Source: Vicinamibacteria bacterium
Lineage (GTDB): Bacteria; Acidobacteriota; Vicinamibacteria; Vicinamibacterales; UBA8438
Reading direction: 5' to 3'
Assembly: GCA_963578805.1 (NCBI GenBank)
Contig: CAUZDY010000004.1
Coordinates: 53,759 to 117,758 of the forward strand
DNA: 64,000 nt
Shown: one piece after another, positions 58,468 to 64,000 of the stretch
Position numbering within the stretch: the first letter of the stretch is position 1
How the letters are laid out: each line of letters starts with the position of its first letter
The notes under the pieces: generated by a model
Databases searched by the model: none
What the model saw: the letters and a program-made list of their open reading frames with translations, nothing else
What the model was told of the DNA's origin: nothing
Program-made: the position numbers and the translations under genes

Positions 58468-59298
58468 ATGTTAACGACACCTCTGCAGTCGCCTGGCGTG
58501 AAGTCGGTGCTTGTCCGGCGTCGCGGAGATCGACTCGAACGTGACATGGTAGTGGTCGAAGAGCCACTCGAAATCCATGTAAACGGCCAACCACTCGTCG
58601 TCACGATGCGGACACCCGGACACGACGCAGAGCTGGCAGCCGGATTCCTCTTTGGCGAGGGCGTGCTCAACGATGCCATCGGACTCTCGTCGGTGCAGGT
58701 ACAGCCAGGCAACGGTCAACGCGACACCCAAATACGAGTCGCTAACTTCTTAGGCGATACGGTCAATGTGACCCTGAAGGAGGACCCAGCTGAACCGAGT
58801 GTGGCCCTGGCCAAACGGGAGTTTCGGGCTACTGCGGCATGCGGCGTTTGCGGCAAGACCGAGATAGGGGATCTGGATTCCGACCTGCCAGCGATCGTCC
58901 CGATGGAGGCAGATCCAGACTTCCTCGAAACACTGCCGGGTGCGCTTCGTCGTGCCCAAAAGCTGTTCGAGGCCACCGGCGGGATCCATGCGGCCGGGAT
59001 CTTCAACCGCCACGGATCATTGCTCTGCAGTTACGAAGACATCGGACGCCACAACGCCGTGGATAAGGCTGTGGGCCACTTCGTGCTCAAAAACGGGGTA
59101 CCCCTCGCCGAGCATGTCCTTGTTGTCAGCGGTCGCGCCGGGTTCGAGCTCGTGCAGAAAGCACTCAAAGCCTCGATTCCGGTGATGGTGTCGGTCGGTG
59201 CCGCATCGAGTCTTGCTGTACAGATGGCTACCGACGCAGGCATGGCGCTCTACTCCTTCGCCGGACCCGGTCACGGAAACCTGCACGTCAAAGATTAA
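58468..59298 (+). CDS. fdhD: Formate dehydrogenase sulfurtransferase FdhD
   Basis: [40 protein letters not shown]. Confidence 0.95.
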   Translation: MLTTPLQSPGVKSVLVRRRGDRLERDMVVVEEPLEIHVNGQPLVVTMRTPGHDAELAAGFLFGEGVLNDAIGLSSVQVQPGNGQRDTQIRVANFLGDTVNVTLKEDPAEPSVALAKREFRATAACGVCGKTEIGDLDSDLPAIVPMEADPDFLETLPGALRRAQKLFEATGGIHAAGIFNRHGSLLCSYEDIGRHNAVDKAVGHFVLKNGVPLAEHVLVVSGRAGFELVQKALKASIPVMVSVGAASSLAVQMATDAGMALYSFAGPGHGNLHVKD

Positions 59299-59465
59299 TA
59301 CCTCCCTTCGACCTCACGCCGGTGTCCAGTGGTCCGTTCTGTCTTTTTTTTGCTGGGCGATCCGGCCTAGACAGACAAGGGGCGGCCTCGGGACACCCTG
59401 AACATATATCGCGACCTTCGTAACGAAATTCGCAGCGGGCGATACGATAGCGTTACACTCTGTCT

Positions 59466-60302
59466 GTGACTCAGCTCGGAGATTTCCAAGTTAAGGAGCC
59501 GGCCGGTGGAGGCGGCGTCGAACAACCACGAGGGTGGATTATTTCTGTCGCGGTCGTGGCACTGCTGGCGTTCGCGATCGGTGTGTACTGGTTCATTGGG
59601 CGGAGTGACGACGTACCACCAGTCGAAACAGTTGTCGAAGCTCCGCCTGACGTGATTCCTCCACCATCGGATCCCATCGAGCCTGAACCCGAACCGCCTA
59701 ACGTCCCAGCTCTTGATGCAAGCGACGCCTTCGTTCGAGACTTGGTTGCGGCGCTGTCCACTCACCCTGGACTGGCATCCTGGCTCGTCAGCGATGGTGT
59801 CGTTCGACGGTTCGTCGTCGTGGTCGATAACATTGCCGACGGAACCAACCCCGCTCAGCACGTAATGTTCATGCGGCCTGATTCACGATTTACCACGACC
59901 GGTGACGGCGAGACGCTGCGCATCGACCCAAGAAATCACGATCGATACGATCGGCACGCCCAGATCTTCGGGTCACTCGACACGCAGGGTTCGGCCGATC
60001 TGTTTCTCATGACGCAACCTCTAATCGATGAGGCGTACGTGGAGCTCGGAAATCCAGATCGTCCGTTCATGGGCACCCTGGAACGAGCCGTCATCAACCT
60101 GCTGAACGTCCCGATCGTCGAGAACCCGTCGACTTTGATCGAGCATGCCCCATTCTTTCACTACACCGGCGAGCCGCTCCAATCGCTGTCGCCCTCCCAA
60201 AAACAGTTGCTCGCGATGGGCCCAGACAACGTCCGTATCGTGCAGGCCAAGTTACGTCAGATCGCCCTCGCGATCGGCATCCCCGATTCGCGGCTCCCGT
60301 AG
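59466..60302 (+). CDS. DUF3014 family protein
   Basis: N-terminal TM, Pro-rich linker, P.LD.SD, RRFV..VDNIA, PL..EAY.ELG.P, LS..QKQLL.MGP.N. Confidence 0.88.
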   Translation: MTQLGDFQVKEPAGGGGVEQPRGWIISVAVVALLAFAIGVYWFIGRSDDVPPVETVVEAPPDVIPPPSDPIEPEPEPPNVPALDASDAFVRDLVAALSTHPGLASWLVSDGVVRRFVVVVDNIADGTNPAQHVMFMRPDSRFTTTGDGETLRIDPRNHDRYDRHAQIFGSLDTQGSADLFLMTQPLIDEAYVELGNPDRPFMGTLERAVINLLNVPIVENPSTLIEHAPFFHYTGEPLQSLSPSQKQLLAMGPDNVRIVQAKLRQIALAIGIPDSRLP

Positions 60303-60519
60303 CGCGAGGAATCTGTAGGTCGGGACACACTTCGAGAGGTGAGGGTTATACCTCAGAAGGGCTGCATCGACCACCGGGAGAGACGATACCAGACCCCAGA
60401 TCTTCGACTGTCCAAGACTCCAGACAGCCGACTCTGGAATTACGCCCTGCGTCGGTACCTATGCAGTTCCGTATACCCCGCGGCGGTTCATCTCCGCGCA
60501 AATGATATCGTGTGATCAG

Positions 60520-62235
60520 ATGGTTCGAATCGCCCTATGCCAGACCAACCTCCCGGTTGGAGATCTCGACGGAAACGTCGAACGGATACGTTTACGGATC
60601 GACCAGGCGTCTGCTCAAGGCGCCGACCTGATCGTGTTTCCAGAGCTCTCTCTCACAGGCTACCCGCCGGAAGACCTGTTACTCAAACCCAGCTTCTCAC
60701 AACGTGCGCATGATACGGTCCGCCGATTGTCCGCCGACATCCATGATGCCGTCGTTTTGGTCGGATTTCCGTATCTGTCTGGCGACCTTTTCAACGGTGC
60801 CGCCGTGCTGGCTGAGGGTCAGGTGCGGTCGATTTACCGTAAGTGCCGTCTACCCAACTACTCAGTGTTCGACGAGCAACGGTATTTCGCGAACGGCAAC
60901 CGGGGTCTCGTACTCGATCTGGGTGGCGTGAAGGTAGGTATCACAATTTGCGAAGATCTCTGGTATCCGGGTGGGCCGGGGCAATGGGAGACTGTCGACG
61001 GTGGCGCCCAGCTGATCGTGAATCTCTCGGCGTCACCGTATCACCGGGCGAAGGGTATCGAACGGGAACGTATGTTCGAAACTAGGTGTCTGGACTACAA
61101 CTGCTTCCTTGCGTTCTGCAACGCCGTCGGCGGCCAAGACGAGCTTGTCTTCGACGGACACAGCCTGGTCATGGACCCAAGCGGTGAGGTTCTGGCGCGA
61201 GGCCTTCAGTTCAAAGAGGACCTCGTCATGGCTGACATCGATGTCAACAGTGCATCGCGACGCCGCCTGCACGACCCAGGATGGCGACAGCACTTCCCGG
61301 TTCAGACGGACCGCGTCGATCAGGTTGCTCTTCCAACCCAGCTCGCTGATGCTCCGCCGTTAGAACGTCGGAAGCTCCCCACGTTGCTGGAACCGGAGGT
61401 CGAAGTGTATCGAGCGCTGGTCTTGGGAACCGGTGACTACTTTCGAAAGAACGGATTTAACAAGGCTGTTCTCGGCCTTTCAGGTGGTATCGACTCGGCG
61501 CTCTCGCTAGTTGTTGCCGCCGAGGCTCTCGGCCCGGAGTCGATCACGGCGATCGCGATGCCATCACGCTACACCTCGGCTGTCAATCGCGAGGACGCTG
61601 CCGAACTGGCTAGTCGACTAGGTGTCACGCTTCTAGAGGCACCAATCCACGAAGTCGTCGCAGCCTACGAAGTGGCTCTGGCACCGTTTTTCGGTAAGAC
61701 GGAGCCGGACGTAGCGGAGGAGAACCTGCAGGCTCGGATCCGCGGAAATCTCCTAATGGCGCTGTCGAACAAGTTCTCGTGGCTAGTCCTGACCACCGGA
61801 AACAAGAGTGAAATGAGTGTTGGATACGCCACCCTCTACGGTGACATGGCGGGCGGATTCTCAGTACTTAAGGACGTGCTTAAGACCTGGGTGTACCGGG
61901 TTGCGGAGTGGTGTAACCGTGAGCGTGAGGTTATTCCGCGTCGAATCATCGACAAAGCGCCCTCAGCGGAACTGCGTGACAACCAGCTCGACACCGACAG
62001 CCTCCCCCCTTATGACACGCTGGATGCAATTCTGCAGGCTTATGTCGAGAACGACCGCACGCCGGTTGAGATCGAGAGACTGGGCTTCGAGCCTGCCCTA
62101 GTCAGACGGATTGTCGACATGGTGGACAGGTCGGAATACAAGCGCCGTCAGGCGCCGCCCGGTGTCCGGATCACGACTCGCGCCTTTGGTAAGGACCGCA
62201 GGCTCCCGATCACGAACAAGTTCAGGGCCGAGTAA
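60520..62235 (+). CDS. nadE: Glutamine-dependent NAD+ synthetase
   Basis: Nitrilase domain (FPEL, ICEDLW) plus SGGIDSAL, ENLQAR.RG, TGNKSE, PSAEL. Confidence 0.96.
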   Translation: MVRIALCQTNLPVGDLDGNVERIRLRIDQASAQGADLIVFPELSLTGYPPEDLLLKPSFSQRAHDTVRRLSADIHDAVVLVGFPYLSGDLFNGAAVLAEGQVRSIYRKCRLPNYSVFDEQRYFANGNRGLVLDLGGVKVGITICEDLWYPGGPGQWETVDGGAQLIVNLSASPYHRAKGIERERMFETRCLDYNCFLAFCNAVGGQDELVFDGHSLVMDPSGEVLARGLQFKEDLVMADIDVNSASRRRLHDPGWRQHFPVQTDRVDQVALPTQLADAPPLERRKLPTLLEPEVEVYRALVLGTGDYFRKNGFNKAVLGLSGGIDSALSLVVAAEALGPESITAIAMPSRYTSAVNREDAAELASRLGVTLLEAPIHEVVAAYEVALAPFFGKTEPDVAEENLQARIRGNLLMALSNKFSWLVLTTGNKSEMSVGYATLYGDMAGGFSVLKDVLKTWVYRVAEWCNREREVIPRRIIDKAPSAELRDNQLDTDSLPPYDTLDAILQAYVENDRTPVEIERLGFEPALVRRIVDMVDRSEYKRRQAPPGVRITTRAFGKDRRLPITNKFRAE

Positions 62236-62433
62236 CGTCCTCAGTCTCCTCCAGCTCAATCATCTTCGAACTCAACATCTTACGGCGGTGCACTTATACG
62301 CGGCAACATGCACCGGCGCAACCAGCAATCTTCGATTTCACTGGTAAGGATGGTAAGGTCAATCGATGCATATTTCCGCAATGCGCCTGGTCTCAATTTT
62401 ATCCTCATCGCCACGCACGCAGGTCAGCACGTC

Positions 62434-63390
62434 ATGACCTCTGGGCAGGCTCCCACCACCGACGACCGGAACCCTATTCGCCGCATCCAGGAAATCTACA
62501 AGGGAAAACGTGGGCGTGGACAGCCGGTCATCTCGATCGAGCTATTTCCGCCGAAAACGCCGCGTGCGGCGGACAGCCTGTTCGAGAAGGCGCTGCCCAG
62601 GCTGGCGACAGCCAAGCCGGACTTCTTCTCAGTGACCTACGGCGCCGGTGGAGGCACTCGGGACAAGACTCTGGAAGTGGTTGACCACATCCAGCGCAAC
62701 CATGGCATCACAGGAATGGCTCACCTCACGTGTCTCGGTTCGACGAAGGACGAGGTTGCTCAGTTTCTCACCGATGCCAGTAGCCTGGATATCCTGAACA
62801 TCCTCGCACTTCGCGGTGACCCGCCGCGCGGGCTACCAGACGTTGCTCCACCCGACGACGGGTTCGAGTACTCGTTCCAACTCATCGACTTCATCCAGAG
62901 CCACGGTGACTTTTCTATCGGCGCAGCCGGTTTTCCAGAATGCCACGTCGCCTGCACCGAGGGCCGACATGTCGACTGGCAGCGTGTAAAGAACAAGCTG
63001 GACCATGGCGCCGAGTTCATCCTGACTCAGTTGTTCTTTTCCAACGCCCACTACTTCGAATTCCTTGAGTACATGACCGGCACGCTCGGTGTGTCAGCGC
63101 CGGTCATACCGGGCATCCTTCCTATCCTCAGTACCGAGCAGATCAGACGCTTCACGGCAATCTGTGGGATTACGTTGCCCGCCGAGCTCGAGAGCCGTCT
63201 GGACGCGTTCGGTGACGACGTCGACGCAGTGCGAGATTTCGGGATCGAGTTCGCTACTCACCAGTGCGAAGAGCTACTGAAGGGAGGAGCCCCTGGCCTG
63301 CACCTGTACTCGCTCAACCAGTCCAGATCTTGCCTTGCGATCCTGAAGAACCTAGGGCTACGGGCTAAGCCGAAGGTCGAGAGTTATTAG
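62434..63390 (+). CDS. metF: 5,10-methylenetetrahydrofolate reductase
   Basis: SIELFPPKT, SVTYGAGG, AHLTC, LALRGDPP, LTQLFF, GLHLYSLN. Confidence 0.95.
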   Translation: MTSGQAPTTDDRNPIRRIQEIYKGKRGRGQPVISIELFPPKTPRAADSLFEKALPRLATAKPDFFSVTYGAGGGTRDKTLEVVDHIQRNHGITGMAHLTCLGSTKDEVAQFLTDASSLDILNILALRGDPPRGLPDVAPPDDGFEYSFQLIDFIQSHGDFSIGAAGFPECHVACTEGRHVDWQRVKNKLDHGAEFILTQLFFSNAHYFEFLEYMTGTLGVSAPVIPGILPILSTEQIRRFTAICGITLPAELESRLDAFGDDVDAVRDFGIEFATHQCEELLKGGAPGLHLYSLNQSRSCLAILKNLGLRAKPKVESY

Positions 63391-63449
63391 ACGTGAGTAG
63401 TGAAAGGTCTTTAGTTGAAGGTCTGAACGACTCCGGACCTACGACTCGG

Positions 63450-63638
63450 CTAACTGCGCTCCATCCACTCGACGAACTTCGAGGAGGGAGATTCGACGAT
63501 CATCACACGGATGACCCGCTGATGCTCATGCATTAGCTGCTTCGCAGCATCTCGGGCCGCATCGACGGTGGTGTAGCTGCTAGCTATGGCTGGCGAGTTG
63601 ACCGAACCACCCCTCACCGTACTGACGAGCTTAAACAT
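63450..63638 (-). CDS. Small hypothetical protein (62 aa)
   Basis: GGAGGT upstream; compact beta-alpha-beta pattern (YTTVDAARDAAKQLM...VIRVMIVE). Confidence 0.6.
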   Translation of the reverse strand: MFKLVSTVRGGSVNSPAIASSYTTVDAARDAAKQLMHEHQRVIRVMIVESPSSKFVEWMERS

Positions 63639-64000
63639 TGTGAAACAGATACCTCCGCTCGCCAGATTATATCACCTGAGCGAACAAGAGCCGGGTGTAT
63701 CAAGTGTCTCGGATCGTCGGGGATCTGAGGTCAAGATGCCCCCCGGTCAAGACCCGCTGAGTCTGGGCGGGTCGATGCGTCGCCCCAGGCGAAATGGAGC
63801 GCCAGGGTTTGTAGATCTAACTGCACACACTAGTTGTTCGAGAGTGCCGCTTCGCCGATGCTGCTACCTAGAACCAGGTCAACGACCGCCCCGTAACTCG
63901 CGATGCCCTCCTCGATGCGGTTCGCTCGGAGATACCGATCATATACACGATTGGCGTTATTTCTGACGACCGGCACCACCTGTGAGGCTCGGTCGTAGAC

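Noticed and set aside
60303-60519. NAD+ (nadA-motif) riboswitch upstream of nadE
   Set aside because: Only a short GTAGGT.GGG resemblance; the complementary strand and flanking conserved elements are missing.
62236-62433. SAM/SAH riboswitch upstream of metF
   Set aside because: One hairpin and a TGGTAAGG repeat, but no recognisable SAM-I/II/IV or SAH core.
1-64000. CRISPR array, transposase, prophage or defence island
   Set aside because: No spaced 23-47 bp repeats or diagnostic protein motifs were seen.

Overview
A GC-rich bacterial chromosomal segment, mostly core and metabolic genes. Gene content and an Acidobacteria-type SOS box suggest Acidobacteriota (inference). Main blocks: (i) an imuA-imuB-dnaE2 mutagenesis cassette with an SOS-like box, whose DnaE2 carries a Cys4 zinc-ribbon insert and is broken into two ATGA-coupled ORFs; (ii) two selenoproteins hidden by in-frame TGA codons, namely formate dehydrogenase alpha (fdnGHI-fdhE, divergent fdhD) and a secreted UxxC thioredoxin-fold protein fused to a DsbD-N-like domain; (iii) a ~14 kb uncharacterised TPR-peptidase/DUF4159/MoxR/DUF58/BatA/DUF4175/vWA-GATase/caspase-like operon; (iv) housekeeping genes (gltA, yacG, lepB, moaC, rex, plsC, carD, nadE, metF, dcp, tRNA-Leu(CAA)); (v) several decayed gene remnants (ppx, S46 peptidase, probably TIGR01777, and a relic region after the tRNA). 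No CRISPR array, transposase, integrase or prophage was seen. All family calls come from motif recognition by eye, not from database searches.
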